From Clostridia bacterium (GTDB taxonomy: Bacteria; Bacillota; Clostridia; Oscillospirales; CAG-382): a DNA stretch of 64,000 bases. Positions 10,177 to 20,604 of this stretch are shown here, one piece after another. The stretch lies in contig JAFXEB010000003.1 in the NCBI GenBank assembly GCA_017521025.1, positions 55,506 to 119,505 on the forward strand, read 5' to 3'. The translations under genes and the position numbers were made by a program. The notes below the pieces were generated by a model. That model saw nothing but the letters and a program-made list of their open reading frames with translations. It made no database searches and was not told the DNA's origin. The stretch's first letter is position 1; each line of letters begins with the position of its first letter.

Positions 10177-10842
10177 ATGGGACAGAAAGTAAATCCTCAC
10201 GGTCTTCGTGTAGGTGTTATTAAAGACTGGGACTCCCGTTGGTTCGTAAAGGACGAGGAGCTTGGCGATACTATCGTTGCCGATTATAAGCTCAGAACCT
10301 GGCTTAAGGAAAAGATTAAGCAGGCAGGCGTTCCCAAGATCGAGATCGAGCGTTCCGGCAGCAGACTTCGTGTTATCATCTACTGTGCAAAGCCCGGTAT
10401 CATCATCGGTAAGGGCGGCGCAGAGCTTGAGAAGCTCAAGGCTGAGATAAAGAACTTCACCGGCAACACTCAGGTTGCTATCAGCGTTATTGAGGTTAAG
10501 ATGGTTGACACCAACGCACAGCTCGTTGCAGAAAACATCGCAACCCAGCTTGAGAAGAGAATATCCTTCCGCCGTGCTATGAAGCAGAGCATAGGCAAAG
10601 CTATGAAGGCAGGCGCTAAGGGTATCAAGATAATGGTTAGCGGCCGTCTTGGCGGTGCTGAGATCGCAAGAAGCGAGCAGTACCATGAGGGCACCATCCC
10701 TCTTCAGACTTTGAGAGCGGACATCGACTATGGCTTCTATGAAGCAAACACCACCTTCGGTAAGATCGGCGTTAAGACTTGGATCTACAAGGGTGAGGTT
10801 CTTCCTGAAGTTAAGCGTGCACCCTCGGAAGGAGGCAAATAA
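10177..10842 (+). CDS. rpsC: 30S ribosomal protein S3
   Basis: [23 protein letters not shown]... Confidence 0.97.
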   Translation: MGQKVNPHGLRVGVIKDWDSRWFVKDEELGDTIVADYKLRTWLKEKIKQAGVPKIEIERSGSRLRVIIYCAKPGIIIGKGGAELEKLKAEIKNFTGNTQVAISVIEVKMVDTNAQLVAENIATQLEKRISFRRAMKQSIGKAMKAGAKGIKIMVSGRLGGAEIARSEQYHEGTIPLQTLRADIDYGFYEANTTFGKIGVKTWIYKGEVLPEVKRAPSEGGK

Positions 10843-10843
10843 T

Positions 10844-11263
10844 ATGTTAATGCCTAAGAGAGTTAAATTCAGAAGAGTTCAGAGGGGCAGACTTACCGGT
10901 AAGGCTATGAGAGGTAATAAGATCTCCAATGGCGAATACGGTCTTATTGCAACTGAACCCGCTTGGATCACCAGCAACCAGATAGAGGCTGCCCGTGTAG
11001 CTATGACTCGTTACATCAAAAGAGGCGGTCGTGTTTGGATAAAGATATTCCCTGACAAGCCCATCACCGAGAAGCCTGCTGAAACCCGAATGGGTTCCGG
11101 TAAGGGCTCTCCCGAGTACTGGGTAGCAGTAGTTAAGCCCGGTAGAGTGCTGTTCGAGATGGACGGTGTTTCTCCCGAGATCGCACGTGAAGCTATGCGT
11201 CTTGCATCCCACAAACTTCCTATTAAGTGTAAGTTTGCTTGCAAGAAAGACCTTGAAGCGTAA
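10844..11263 (+). CDS. rplP: 50S ribosomal protein L16
   Basis: True start is the ATG at 10844 ([16 protein letters not shown]...), right after the rpsC stop and a GGAGG site. The ORF-track start at 10730 lies inside rpsC. Confidence 0.95.
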   Translation: MLMPKRVKFRRVQRGRLTGKAMRGNKISNGEYGLIATEPAWITSNQIEAARVAMTRYIKRGGRVWIKIFPDKPITEKPAETRMGSGKGSPEYWVAVVKPGRVLFEMDGVSPEIAREAMRLASHKLPIKCKFACKKDLEA

Positions 11264-11278
11264 GGAGGATAAACAAAC

Positions 11279-11479
11279 ATGAAAGCAAATGAACTCAGAG
11301 AAATGTCTGCCTCCGAGCTTGAGAAGGAGCTGCGCGAGCAGAAGGAAGCTTATTTCAAGCTTCGTTTCCAGCATTCCATTAACCAGCTCGAAAACCCCAT
11401 GAAGATAGTAGAGACCAAAAAGACTATTGCTCGTATCATGACCATCCTTCGTGAGAAGGAACTGGCTGACAGAGCTTAA
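11279..11479 (+). CDS. rpmC: 50S ribosomal protein L29
   Basis: MKANELREMSASELEKELREQKEAYFKLRFQ... Confidence 0.95.
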   Translation: MKANELREMSASELEKELREQKEAYFKLRFQHSINQLENPMKIVETKKTIARIMTILREKELADRA

Positions 11480-11496
11480 TCGGGAGGTTATGAGTT

Positions 11497-11751
11497 ATGG
11501 AAAGAACACTTAGAAAAACCAGAGTAGGCAAAGTAGTATCCGATAAGATGGATAAGACTGTTGTTATATCTATAGTTGACAACGTAAAGCATCCGCTTTA
11601 CAACAAGATCGTTAAGCGTACCGTTAGATTCAAGGCACACGATGAAAACAATGAATGTGGCATCGGCGACACCGTAGAGATTATGGAGACTCGCCCTCTG
11701 TCCAAGGACAAGTATTTCAGAGTTGTCAGAATCATCGAGAAGGCCAAGTAA
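11497..11751 (+). CDS. rpsQ: 30S ribosomal protein S17
   Basis: [19 protein letters not shown]...[13 protein letters not shown]. Confidence 0.95.
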   Translation: MERTLRKTRVGKVVSDKMDKTVVISIVDNVKHPLYNKIVKRTVRFKAHDENNECGIGDTVEIMETRPLSKDKYFRVVRIIEKAK

Positions 11752-11778
11752 GCCGCACATTGAAAGGAGGACACATAT

Positions 11779-12147
11779 ATGGTACAGCAACAATCATATC
11801 TGAAGGTTGCCGATAATACCGGCGCCAAGGAAATAATGTGCATCCGAGTTCTGGGCGGCACAGGCAGACGCTATGCCGGTGTTGGCGACGTTATCGTAGC
11901 TTCCGTTAAGAAGGCAGCTCCCGGTGGCGTAGTTAAGAAGGGCGAAGTTGTCAGAGCCGTAGTGGTCAGAACAGTTAAGGGTGTACGCCGTGCAGACGGT
12001 TCCTACGTAAAATTCGACGACAATGCTGCCGTTATAATTAAAGAAGACAAGAACCCCAAGGGTACTCGTATTTTTGGGCCCGTTGCAAGAGAGCTTCGTG
12101 AAAAGGATTATATGAAGATACTCTCCTTGGCACCGGAAGTTGTTTAA
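11779..12147 (+). CDS. rplN: 50S ribosomal protein L14
   Basis: [27 protein letters not shown]... Confidence 0.97.
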   Translation: MVQQQSYLKVADNTGAKEIMCIRVLGGTGRRYAGVGDVIVASVKKAAPGGVVKKGEVVRAVVVRTVKGVRRADGSYVKFDDNAAVIIKEDKNPKGTRIFGPVARELREKDYMKILSLAPEVV

Positions 12148-12162
12148 GGAGGTAGCGTTAAA

Positions 12163-12492
12163 ATGAGTAAGATGCATATCAAGAAGGACGATAGAGTTAT
12201 CGTAATCTCCGGTAAGTATGCTAATATGAAAGAGCCCTCTATAGGTAAGGTAATTGCCGTTTCCCCTAAGGAAGGCAAGGTTATCGTTGAAGGCGTTCAT
12301 ATGGTATCCAAGCATGTTAAGCCCAGAAGACAGGGTGAGGCAGGCGGTATCATCAAGACCGAAGGCGCAATCTACGCTTGTAAGGTTATGCTTTACTGTG
12401 ACAAGTGCAAGGCTGGTCGCAGAGTACGTCACCAGATTAACGAAAACGGCGAGCGTGTTCGTGTTTGCGTTAAGTGCGGCGAGAACTTATAA
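12163..12492 (+). CDS. rplX: 50S ribosomal protein L24 (with C-terminal CxxC...CxxC pair)
   Basis: KOW motif KKDDRVIVISGKY; operon position. The C-terminal part reads YCDKC-x19-CVKCGENL. Confidence 0.93.
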   Translation: MSKMHIKKDDRVIVISGKYANMKEPSIGKVIAVSPKEGKVIVEGVHMVSKHVKPRRQGEAGGIIKTEGAIYACKVMLYCDKCKAGRRVRHQINENGERVRVCVKCGENL

Positions 12493-12512
12493 TTAAGAAG
12501 GAGGAAACTTAA

Positions 12513-13052
12513 ATGTCAAGACTTTGTGATTTTTATAAAAGCGACGTCGCTCCTGCTTTAATGAATAAGTTCAACTACTCCTCTCCCATGCAGATTCCCA
12601 AGCTTGCTAAGGTAGTAGTAAACGTTGGCGACGGCGAATGCAAGGATAACCCCAAGATTCTTGAAGCTATCCTTTCCGATCTTCAGACAATTACCGGTCA
12701 GAAGGCAGTTGCCACTACCGCTAAGAAGTCTGTTGCAAACTTCAAGCTTCGTGCTGGTGTTAAGATCGGCGCAAAGGTTACTCTTCGTGGCGAAATGATG
12801 TACGAGTTTGTTGATAAGTTCTTCAACCTCGCACTTCCCCGTGTAAGAGACTTTAAGGGTATCAACCCCAACAGCTTTGACGGCAGAGGTAACTACTCCT
12901 GCGGCGTTAAAGAACAGCTTATATTCCCTGAGATCGAGTACGACAAGATCGACAAGATCAGAGGTATGGATATAATCATCGTAACTACGGCTAACACCGA
13001 CGAAGAGGCCAGAGAGCTCCTGACTCTCCTCGGCGCTCCGTTTGCAAAGTAA
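12513..13052 (+). CDS. rplE: 50S ribosomal protein L5
   Basis: ...[14 protein letters not shown]...[15 protein letters not shown]... Confidence 0.96.
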   Translation: MSRLCDFYKSDVAPALMNKFNYSSPMQIPKLAKVVVNVGDGECKDNPKILEAILSDLQTITGQKAVATTAKKSVANFKLRAGVKIGAKVTLRGEMMYEFVDKFFNLALPRVRDFKGINPNSFDGRGNYSCGVKEQLIFPEIEYDKIDKIRGMDIIIVTTANTDEEARELLTLLGAPFAK

Positions 13053-13067
13053 GGAGGGTAAAAAGTA

Positions 13068-13253
13068 ATGGCAAAGACAGCAATGAAATTAAAGCAGCAG
13101 AGAGAGCCTAAGTTTTCTACCCGCTCTTACAACAGATGTAAGATCTGTGGCCGTCCCCACGCATATCTCCGTAAGTACGGTATCTGCCGTATTTGCTTCC
13201 GCAATCTGGCTTACAGCGGTCAGATCCCCGGCGTTAAGAAAGCAAGCTGGTAA
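13068..13253 (+). CDS. rpsN: 30S ribosomal protein S14, type Z (zinc-binding)
   Basis: 61 aa; [22 protein letters not shown] Cys4 motif. Confidence 0.95.
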   Translation: MAKTAMKLKQQREPKFSTRSYNRCKICGRPHAYLRKYGICRICFRNLAYSGQIPGVKKASW

Positions 13254-13276
13254 AATAAGGTAGGAGGTAATATTAA

Positions 13277-13675
13277 ATGCAAATCACAGACGTTGTGGCA
13301 GATATGCTCACAAGAATCAGAAACGCTAACAGCGAAAGACACGAAACCGTTGATATTCCTGCCTCTAACCTGAAGAAGGCTATAGCTCAGATACTTCTTG
13401 ACGAGGGCTTTATTAAGGATTACAAGGTGACCGACGATAACAAGCAGGGCACCATCACGGTTACTCTTAAGTACGGCGAAGGCAAGACTCGCATCATTGA
13501 GGGTCTTCGCAGGGTTTCTAAGCCCGGTCTTAAGATCTACGCAGCTTGCAAGGATATCCCCAAGGTCAGAAACGGTCTCGGCATTGCCATCCTTTCTACC
13601 AGCAAGGGTATTATGACTGACAAGCAGGCAAGAAAAGAAAACATCGGCGGCGAAGTTCTCGCCTTCGTATGGTAA
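13277..13675 (+). CDS. rpsH: 30S ribosomal protein S8
   Basis: [13 protein letters not shown]...GGEVLAFVW. Confidence 0.96.
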   Translation: MQITDVVADMLTRIRNANSERHETVDIPASNLKKAIAQILLDEGFIKDYKVTDDNKQGTITVTLKYGEGKTRIIEGLRRVSKPGLKIYAACKDIPKVRNGLGIAILSTSKGIMTDKQARKENIGGEVLAFVW

Positions 13676-13688
13676 GGAGGATAATGAT

Positions 13689-14228
13689 ATGTCTAGAATA
13701 GGTAAGAAGCCCATTATCGTTCCTGCTGATGTTACCGTTAGCTTCGAGGAAGGTAACGTAATGAATGTTAAGGGCCCCAAGGGTGAGCTTTCTCAGAAGT
13801 TCCCCGCAGCTATGGCCCTCAAGCTTGACGCAGGCGTTCTCACCGTAGAGCGTCCTTCCGACAGCAAAGAGCACAAGGCACTTCACGGTCTCAGCCGTTC
13901 TCTCGCTTCCAATATGGTAGTTGGTTGTCACGAGGGCTTCAAGAAGGTTCTTGAGATCAACGGCGTAGGCTATAAGGCAGCTATGGAGGGCGGCAAGCTC
14001 GTCCTCAATGTTGGCTATTCACATCCCGTGGACTTCGAGGTACCCGCCGGTATTACTATCGAGGTTCCCAACCCCAACCAGATTATCGTATCCGGCGCTG
14101 ACAAGCAGGTTGTTGGTCAGCTCGCATCCGAAATCAGGGGCAAGCGCCCGCCTGAACCCTATCTCGGCAAGGGTATTAAGTACTCTGATGAGAAGATTAG
14201 GCGTAAGGCCGGTAAAGCCGGTAAGTAA
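13689..14228 (+). CDS. rplF: 50S ribosomal protein L6
   Basis: MSRIGKKPIIVPADVTV... Confidence 0.96.
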   Translation: MSRIGKKPIIVPADVTVSFEEGNVMNVKGPKGELSQKFPAAMALKLDAGVLTVERPSDSKEHKALHGLSRSLASNMVVGCHEGFKKVLEINGVGYKAAMEGGKLVLNVGYSHPVDFEVPAGITIEVPNPNQIIVSGADKQVVGQLASEIRGKRPPEPYLGKGIKYSDEKIRRKAGKAGK

Positions 14229-14246
14229 GAAAGGAGTGAATAGATA

Positions 14247-14606
14247 ATGATATCCCATCCCGACAAGAATAAAAAGCGTCTCCGCAGACATAAGAGAGTC
14301 AGAGGGAAGATATCCGGTACCGCATCCGTTCCTCGTTTGTGTGTATACCGCTCCCTCAGCAACATCAGTGCTCAGATCATCGACGATGACGCAGGCAGGA
14401 CCCTTGTAGCAGCCGCTTCCAACGAGAAGGGCTTTACCGCTAACGGCGGTAACAAGGAAGGTGCTAAGGAAGTCGGACTCCTTATAGGCAAAAGAGCTCT
14501 TGAAAAGGGCATCGAGAACGTAGTTTTCGACAGAGGCGGCTATCTGTATCACGGACGTATACAGGAGCTTGCTGATGGCGCTCGTGAAGCCGGCTTGAAG
14601 TTTTAA
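14247..14606 (+). CDS. rplR: 50S ribosomal protein L18
   Basis: ...[27 protein letters not shown]...[26 protein letters not shown]. Confidence 0.96.
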   Translation: MISHPDKNKKRLRRHKRVRGKISGTASVPRLCVYRSLSNISAQIIDDDAGRTLVAAASNEKGFTANGGNKEGAKEVGLLIGKRALEKGIENVVFDRGGYLYHGRIQELADGAREAGLKF

Positions 14607-14621
14607 GGGAGGACAGTACGA

Positions 14622-15128
14622 ATGGCACAGAAAGTTGATTACACCCAGCTGGGTGAACTTAAGGAAACTCTTATTAACACCAAGAGCGTTTCCAAAACCG
14701 TAAAAGGCGGCCGTATCAGAAGATTCTCTGCACTCGTAGTTGTAGGCGACGGCAACGGTCACGTTGGCGTAGGCAGTGGCAAGAGCGCAGAAGTTCCGGA
14801 CGCTATCAGAAAGGCTATCGAGGCTGCAAAGCGTAATATGGTTAAGGTTTCCCTCCGTGGCACTTCAATACCTCACGAGATCATCGGCGAGTATTGTGCA
14901 GGCAGAGTACTTCTCAAGCCCGCAGCCCCCGGTACCGGTATCATAGCAGGCGGCACAATGCGTGCTGTTCTTGACGCAGCAGGTATCAGAGATATCCGTG
15001 CTAAATCGCTCCGTTCCAACAATCCTTGCAACGTTTCTAAGGCTACCTTCGAAGCGCTCAAGGCTTTGACCACCGTTGACGAGGTTGCTCTCAAGCGTGG
15101 TAAGAGCGCCAGCGAAATAATGGGTTAA
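14622..15128 (+). CDS. rpsE: 30S ribosomal protein S5
   Basis: ...[27 protein letters not shown]... Confidence 0.96.
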   Translation: MAQKVDYTQLGELKETLINTKSVSKTVKGGRIRRFSALVVVGDGNGHVGVGSGKSAEVPDAIRKAIEAAKRNMVKVSLRGTSIPHEIIGEYCAGRVLLKPAAPGTGIIAGGTMRAVLDAAGIRDIRAKSLRSNNPCNVSKATFEALKALTTVDEVALKRGKSASEIMG

Positions 15129-15141
15129 GGGGGATAAAGCA

Positions 15142-15324
15142 ATGGCAAAGGTTAGAATTACTTTGAAAAAGAGTCTGATTGGCCGTAAGGAAAACCAGAT
15201 ACTCACTTGCAAGTCTCTCCAGTTGACGAAGATCGGCGACAGCAAGGTTGTTGAAAACAACGCAGCTATCGAAGGCAAGATCAACGTTATATCCCATCTC
15301 GTAAGCGTTGAAAACGCTGACTAA
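15142..15324 (+). CDS. rpmD: 50S ribosomal protein L30
   Basis: [19 protein letters not shown]...; operon position. Confidence 0.93.
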   Translation: MAKVRITLKKSLIGRKENQILTCKSLQLTKIGDSKVVENNAAIEGKINVISHLVSVENAD

Positions 15325-15344
15325 TTGTAAAAGGAGGAAAAGTT

Positions 15345-15785
15345 ATGAAGCTTCACGAGCTTTCTCCGGCACAGGGTTCCGCAAAGGCACGCTACAGAAA
15401 GGGCAGAGGTCCCGGTAGCGGCAACGGTAAAACTGCGGGCCGTGGCCATAAGGGTCAAAACGCTCGTTCCGGCGGCGGTGTACGTCCCGGTTTCGAGGGC
15501 GGTCAGCTTCCTATCTATAGAAGACTTCCTAAGAGAGGTTTTAACAACCATTTCGCTAAGGAATACGCTATAATCAACGTAGGCAGACTGAACGAGTTTG
15601 ACGAAGGCAGCGTTATTAACGTACAGACCCTGCTTGAGTGCGGTATGATTAACAAGGCTCTCGACGGTCTTAAGGTTCTCGGCAACGGCGAACTTACCAA
15701 GAAGCTCACCGTAGAGGCATCCGTCTTCTCCGCTACCGCAAAAGAAAAAATCGAAGCAGCAGGCGGGAAGGCGCAGGTGATATAA
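15345..15785 (+). CDS. rplO: 50S ribosomal protein L15
   Basis: [38 protein letters not shown]... Confidence 0.96.
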   Translation: MKLHELSPAQGSAKARYRKGRGPGSGNGKTAGRGHKGQNARSGGGVRPGFEGGQLPIYRRLPKRGFNNHFAKEYAIINVGRLNEFDEGSVINVQTLLECGMINKALDGLKVLGNGELTKKLTVEASVFSATAKEKIEAAGGKAQVI

Positions 15786-17057
15786 ATGTTTCAAACACTG
15801 AAAAATGCTTGGCACATTTCTGACACCAGACGTAAGATAATATTCACGATATTTATAGTTCTGCTGTACCGCATAGGCTGTGCGATTCCCGTACCCTATG
15901 TAGACAGCGCAAAATGGGCTGAGACCTTCAGCGGTGCAGGCGACACCATTTTCGGTTACCTGAACATTCTGTCCGGCTCCAGCTTTTCTCAGGGTACTAT
16001 GTTTGCTCTGTCCATCACCCCTTACATTACTGCTTCTATAGTAATGCAGCTGCTCACTATAGCGATCCCTCCTCTCGAGAGACTTGCAAAGCAGCCGGAT
16101 GGTCAGAAGAAGATCACCGAGATCACCAGATACGTAACTGTAATTCTTGCGATAATCACCGCATTCGGTTATTACCTCACAATGAAGAACAGTAATGCTC
16201 TTGAAAACAACTCTGTTTTCGCAGGCTTCGTTGTCGTTTCAGCATACGTTGCAGGTGCTTCCATCATTATGTGGCTCGGCGAGAAGATCAATGACGGCGG
16301 TATCGGCAACGGTATCTCTATCATCCTGTTCTTCAACATCATATCCCGTGGCGGTGCTCTCCTGAACACTGCTATCACCATTTTCGGCACCAACCTCGGT
16401 TGGCTTTGGGTTCTTATCGGTGCAGTTATAATGCTCGCTATAATCACTTTCGTTGTTTGGATGACCAACGCTGAAAGAAGACTTCCTGTTCAGTATGCAA
16501 AGCGTACTGTTGGCAGAAAGATGTATGGCGGTATGAACACTCATCTCCCCATTAAGCTGAACATGAGCGGCGTTATGCCCATCATTTTTGCACAGTCCAT
16601 CGTATCTCTGCCTGCAACACTGGCACTGATCTTTGGTTGGGACACCTCCAAGGGCGTTCTTAGCTGGTTCTCTATGACCGGCCCTGTTGGTATCGCTCTT
16701 AACTTCCTTCTTATAATCGGTTTTGCATACTTCTATCTCACCATAAGCTTTAACTCTGTAGAAGTTGCTAACAACCTCAAGAAGAACGGTGGTACCATCC
16801 TCGGTTACCGTCCCGGTGCTCCTACGGCAGCATACATCCAGAAGGTTCTTAACAGAATTACCCTTATCGGTGCTCTGTTCCTCGGCGTTCTGGCAGTATT
16901 TCCTCAGCTCATCGCCCTTCTGTTCCCCTCTACGAACCTGGGCTATCTGGTATTCGGCGGCTCCTCCCTTATCATTATCGTAGGCGTTGTTCTCGAAACC
17001 ATCAAAGAGCTTGAGAGCGAAGTGACTATGCGTCACTATAAGGGTTTCCTTGAATAA
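15786..17057 (+). CDS. secY: Preprotein translocase subunit SecY
   Basis: 423-aa polytopic protein with FALSITPYITASIVMQLL and LPIKLNMSGVMPIIFAQS motifs; follows rplO. Confidence 0.96.
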   Translation: MFQTLKNAWHISDTRRKIIFTIFIVLLYRIGCAIPVPYVDSAKWAETFSGAGDTIFGYLNILSGSSFSQGTMFALSITPYITASIVMQLLTIAIPPLERLAKQPDGQKKITEITRYVTVILAIITAFGYYLTMKNSNALENNSVFAGFVVVSAYVAGASIIMWLGEKINDGGIGNGISIILFFNIISRGGALLNTAITIFGTNLGWLWVLIGAVIMLAIITFVVWMTNAERRLPVQYAKRTVGRKMYGGMNTHLPIKLNMSGVMPIIFAQSIVSLPATLALIFGWDTSKGVLSWFSMTGPVGIALNFLLIIGFAYFYLTISFNSVEVANNLKKNGGTILGYRPGAPTAAYIQKVLNRITLIGALFLGVLAVFPQLIALLFPSTNLGYLVFGGSSLIIIVGVVLETIKELESEVTMRHYKGFLE

Positions 17058-17069
17058 GAGGCAATAGAT

Positions 17070-17702
17070 ATGAATATAATTCTGTTTGGCCCTCCCGGTG
17101 CGGGTAAAGGCACCCAGGCTGATATTATCAGCAGAGATTTAAGCATCCCCACCATATCCACAGGTGCTATCATCCGTGGTGCGGTTAAGGAAGGTACCCC
17201 TATGGGTCTTTCCGCTAAGAAATATATGGACGCAGGCGCGCTTGTTCCTGATGAAGTTGTAATCGGCATCATCAAGGAGCGCCTCGCTAAGGACGACTGC
17301 AAGGGCGGCTTCATACTTGACGGTTTCCCTCGCACCGTTCCTCAGGCAGAGGCTCTTGACGCTATGGGCGTTAAGATAGACGTTGTCCTCTCCCTCGAAG
17401 TTTCTGACGAAGCAATCGTTGACAGAATGGGCGGCAGACGTGTATGTAAAGTATGCGGCGCAACCTTCCATACCATCTACAATCCTTCCGCCAAGGGCGA
17501 GAAGTGCGATGTATGTGATGCAGACCTCCTCATTCGTGACGACGATAAGCCCGAGGTTGTATTGAACCGTTTGGCTACTTATCATAAAGAGACCGAACCC
17601 TTGAAGGACTACTACGGCAATAAGGGCATCCTTAAAGCAGTAGACGGTTGCGGCAAGGTAGAAGAGATAACGGCTCTTATGAAAGCAGCACTCGGCATAT
17701 AA
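17070..17702 (+). CDS. adk: Adenylate kinase (Cys4 zinc lid)
   Basis: P-loop GPPGAGKGTQ; lid CKVCGATFH...CDVCDADL. Confidence 0.96.
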   Translation: MNIILFGPPGAGKGTQADIISRDLSIPTISTGAIIRGAVKEGTPMGLSAKKYMDAGALVPDEVVIGIIKERLAKDDCKGGFILDGFPRTVPQAEALDAMGVKIDVVLSLEVSDEAIVDRMGGRRVCKVCGATFHTIYNPSAKGEKCDVCDADLLIRDDDKPEVVLNRLATYHKETEPLKDYYGNKGILKAVDGCGKVEEITALMKAALGI

Positions 17703-18448
17703 TGATTATACTTAAGAACAAAGCCGAACTCATGCTTATGCGTGATTCAGGTAAGATCGCAGCGTTAGCCAGAGCGACGGGCGGTGAGATGGCAAAGGCA
17801 GGTGTTACCACCGCCGCCATCGACGCTAAGATAAGACAGGTAATACGGTCTCACGGCGCTACCCCCTCGTTCCTTGGCTACGGCGGTTTTCCCGGCTCGG
17901 CTTGTATAAGCGTTAATGATGAAGTTATCCACGGCATCCCGTCTGACAGAGTGTTGAAGGACGGCGACATCGTAAAAATTGACGTTGGCGCATTCTATAA
18001 AGGCTTTCACAGTGACTGTGCCGCTACCTTTGCGGTAGGTCAGGTAAGTGAGGAGGCGCTGAAGCTCATCGCCGTAACGGAGGAGAGCTTCAGGCAGGGG
18101 ATGGCAAAGGCTGTTCCCGATGCCAGACTGGGCGATATTTCCGCCGCAGTACAGGCTTATGTAGAAGCTAACGGCTTTTCCGTAGTAAGGGAATATGTGG
18201 GGCACGGTGTTGGCAGAGAGCTGCACGAGGATCCCAGCCTTCCTAACTTCGGTACTCCCGGCAGGGGCGTGCGGCTGCGCTCGGGTATGACCTTGGCTAT
18301 AGAGCCGATGGTGAACGTGGGCGTTTACGATGTAAGGGTGCTGTCCGATGATTGGACAGTGGTGACCGCAGACGGTAAGCTGTCTGCTCACTACGAAAAC
18401 ACCGTTGCGATAACAGATAACGGCCCCGTGATTCTGACTGCGCTTTAA
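17702..18448 (+). CDS. map: Type I methionine aminopeptidase
   Basis: The start MIILKNKAELMLMR at 17702 overlaps the adk stop by 1 nt. Metal ligands sit in DIVKIDVGA...HGVGRELHE... Confidence 0.93.
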   Translation: MIILKNKAELMLMRDSGKIAALARATGGEMAKAGVTTAAIDAKIRQVIRSHGATPSFLGYGGFPGSACISVNDEVIHGIPSDRVLKDGDIVKIDVGAFYKGFHSDCAATFAVGQVSEEALKLIAVTEESFRQGMAKAVPDARLGDISAAVQAYVEANGFSVVREYVGHGVGRELHEDPSLPNFGTPGRGVRLRSGMTLAIEPMVNVGVYDVRVLSDDWTVVTADGKLSAHYENTVAITDNGPVILTAL

Positions 18449-18464
18449 GCAAAGGCGGTAGGTT

Positions 18465-18719
18465 ATGGATTACGTGGGATGCCCCGTAGTGTCATTGGCG
18501 GGGCGAGATAAGGGGTTCTACTTTTGTGTGATTGGTGCTGACGGTGAGCATTTGCTCCTTGCTGACGGCAGACACAGGAGGATAGATAACCCTAAACGCA
18601 AAAAGCTTAAGCATTTATTGTTTATTGATGCAGCCGCATATAGCGGCCCGTTGACCAATAAGGCTGTTTGGGCGTATCTTAGAGATATCCGAAACAGCAA
18701 CGGTCAGGTTTCGACTTAA
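18465..18719 (+). CDS. Small KOW-domain protein commonly found between map and infA in Clostridia
   Basis: 84 aa, VVSLAGRDKGFYFCVIG (KOW-like); conserved synteny position. Confidence 0.6.
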   Translation: MDYVGCPVVSLAGRDKGFYFCVIGADGEHLLLADGRHRRIDNPKRKKLKHLLFIDAAAYSGPLTNKAVWAYLRDIRNSNGQVST

Positions 18720-18737
18720 CTAACGGAGGGATTCATT

Positions 18738-18956
18738 CTGGCTAAAGACGATGTTATTGAATTCGAAGGCGTAGTGACGGAGGTTCTCCCCAACACTATG
18801 TTCAAAGTAAAGCTTTCCAACGGTCACATCATTACCGCTCATATATCCGGTAAAATGCGTATGCATTATATCAAGATACTTCAGGGCGACGCAGTAACCG
18901 TAGAGGTTTCTGTCTATGACTTGACCCAAGGAAGGATAACATTCAGGCATAAATAA
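18738..18956 (+). CDS. infA: Translation initiation factor IF-1 (non-AUG start)
   Basis: The frame reads (L)[47 protein letters not shown]... The full IF-1 N-terminus requires a start at CTG 18738 (or ATT 18735), 7 nt after GGAGGG. The track ORF at 18774 is truncated. Confidence 0.85.
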   Translation: MAKDDVIEFEGVVTEVLPNTMFKVKLSNGHIITAHISGKMRMHYIKILQGDAVTVEVSVYDLTQGRITFRHK

Positions 18957-18974
18957 GCCTATGGAGGTAATGTA

Positions 18975-19088
18975 ATGAAAGTAAGGCCTTCTGTAAAAAA
19001 GATTTGCGAGAAGTGCAAAATCATCAAGAGAAAAGGCAAAATAATGGTTATTTGCGAAAACCCCAAGCATAAGCAAAAACAAGGTTAA
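18975..19088 (+). CDS. rpmJ: 50S ribosomal protein L36 (zinc form)
   Basis: Not in the ORF track because it is under 60 aa. [37 protein letters not shown], preceded by GGAGG. Confidence 0.95.
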   Translation: MKVRPSVKKICEKCKIIKRKGKIMVICENPKHKQKQG

Positions 19089-19102
19089 AGAGAGGTGTAA
19101 TA

Positions 19103-19471
19103 ATGGCTCGTATATCCGGTGTTGATCTTCCCAACGCAAAACGTGTAGAAATCGGCCTCACCTATATTTACGGTATCGGCAGAGCACGTTCTAACGAGAT
19201 TCTGAATATAACCGGTATAAATCCTGACACCCGCGTTAAGGATTTGACTGAGGACGATGTTGCCAAGCTCCGTGAAGTTATCGAAAGAGACTACATGGTA
19301 GAAGGTGACCTTAGAAGAGAAGTTGCTCTTAACATTAAGAGAATGGTTGAAATCGACTGTTACCGTGGCAGACGTCATAAGAGAAGTCTCCCTGTTAGAG
19401 GTCAGAGAACCAAGACCAATGCAAGAACTCGCAAGGGTCCCGCAAAGACCATTGCAAACAAGAAGAAGTAA
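19103..19471 (+). CDS. rpsM: 30S ribosomal protein S13
   Basis: [26 protein letters not shown]... Confidence 0.97.
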   Translation: MARISGVDLPNAKRVEIGLTYIYGIGRARSNEILNITGINPDTRVKDLTEDDVAKLREVIERDYMVEGDLRREVALNIKRMVEIDCYRGRRHKRSLPVRGQRTKTNARTRKGPAKTIANKKK

Positions 19472-19489
19472 TAGGAGGGAAATGAGAAT

Positions 19490-19885
19490 ATGGCAAAGGC
19501 TAAAAAAGTTGTCACTAAGAAGCGTCGTGAGCGCAAGAATATAGAACGCGGTGCAGCTCACATTCATTGCAGCTTTAACAACACTATAGTAACCATTTCC
19601 GATACCAACGGTAATGCTATAAGCTGGGCATCCGCAGGCGAGCTCGGTTACAGAGGTTCCCGTAAGTCCACTCCTTTTGCAGCGCAGATGGCATCTGAGA
19701 CAGCAGCTAAGGCAGCTATGGAGCATGGTCTTAAGACTGTTGAGGTTTACGTTAAGGGTCCCGGTCAGGGCAGAGAAGCAGCAATCCGTGCTCTCCAGGT
19801 AGCCGGTTTGGACGTTGTATCCATCAAGGATGTAACCCCCATTCCTCACAACGGTTGCCGTCCGCCCAAGAGAAGACGCGTATAG
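19490..19885 (+). CDS. rpsK: 30S ribosomal protein S11
   Basis: ...[30 protein letters not shown]... Confidence 0.97.
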   Translation: MAKAKKVVTKKRRERKNIERGAAHIHCSFNNTIVTISDTNGNAISWASAGELGYRGSRKSTPFAAQMASETAAKAAMEHGLKTVEVYVKGPGQGREAAIRALQVAGLDVVSIKDVTPIPHNGCRPPKRRRV

Positions 19886-19911
19886 TCTTATATTATAGGA
19901 GGATTTATTAA

Positions 19912-20544
19912 ATGGCAAGATATACAGGTCCTGCATGCAGACTTTGCCGTAGAGAGAACACCAAGCTGTTCCTCAAGGGCGACAAGTGCACATCCGACAA
20001 GTGCCCTCTGGTTAGAAGAGCAAAGGCTCCCGGTCAGCACGGTGCAAATGCCGGCAGAAAGAGAGTAAAAGAATACGGTCTCCAGCTTCGTGAGAAGCAG
20101 AAGGCAAGAAGGTACTACGGTATTTTAGAGAAGCAGTTTAACAATTATTTTGTGAAGGCTGATAAGAAGCCCGGTCAGACCGGCGAAAACCTTCTCACTA
20201 TGATTGAGAGCAGACTTGACAACGTTGTATACCGTATGGGTATGGCAGACAGCCGTCGTCAGGCTCGTCAGCTCGTTCGCCACGGCCACTTCCAGATCAA
20301 CGGCAAGAAGGCTAACATTCCTTCCATCCTCGTAAAGAAGGGTGACGTTGTATCCGTAAAGGAAAGCAGCCGCAAGAGCGCACTCATTAAAATGCTTATC
20401 GAAAATATCTCCGGAAGGTCAGTACCCGCATGGATAGAGCTTGATGCTGAGAACGCAGTAGCTACTATCGTTGCACTGCCCACCAGAGAAGACATTGATT
20501 TCCCGTTCGAGGAGCATCTGATAGTAGAGTTGTACTCCAAGTAA
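19912..20544 (+). CDS. rpsD: 30S ribosomal protein S4
   Basis: [26 protein letters not shown]... Confidence 0.97.
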   Translation: MARYTGPACRLCRRENTKLFLKGDKCTSDKCPLVRRAKAPGQHGANAGRKRVKEYGLQLREKQKARRYYGILEKQFNNYFVKADKKPGQTGENLLTMIESRLDNVVYRMGMADSRRQARQLVRHGHFQINGKKANIPSILVKKGDVVSVKESSRKSALIKMLIENISGRSVPAWIELDAENAVATIVALPTREDIDFPFEEHLIVELYSK

Positions 20545-20604
20545 TAGCTAGCACAGCGTTAAACGCAATTTTAACGGCTGTCCATTTCAACAGGAGGTAA
20601 ACAG

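Noticed and set aside
10730-10843. ORF-track 5' extensions of rplP (10730), map (17648), the VUT gene (26324), the PARG-like gene (39836), the CdaR-like gene (58339) and the DUF1292 gene (58507)
   Set aside because: The extensions overlap upstream genes, promoters or terminators and lack an RBS. Internal starts have good Shine-Dalgarno sites and match the conserved N-termini.
20545-20604. Imperfect hairpin (CAGCGTTAAA...TTTAACGGCTG) between rpsD and rpoA
   Set aside because: The stem is short and bulged with no U-tract. Spacers of this size before rpoA are common, so the evidence for a regulatory element is insufficient.
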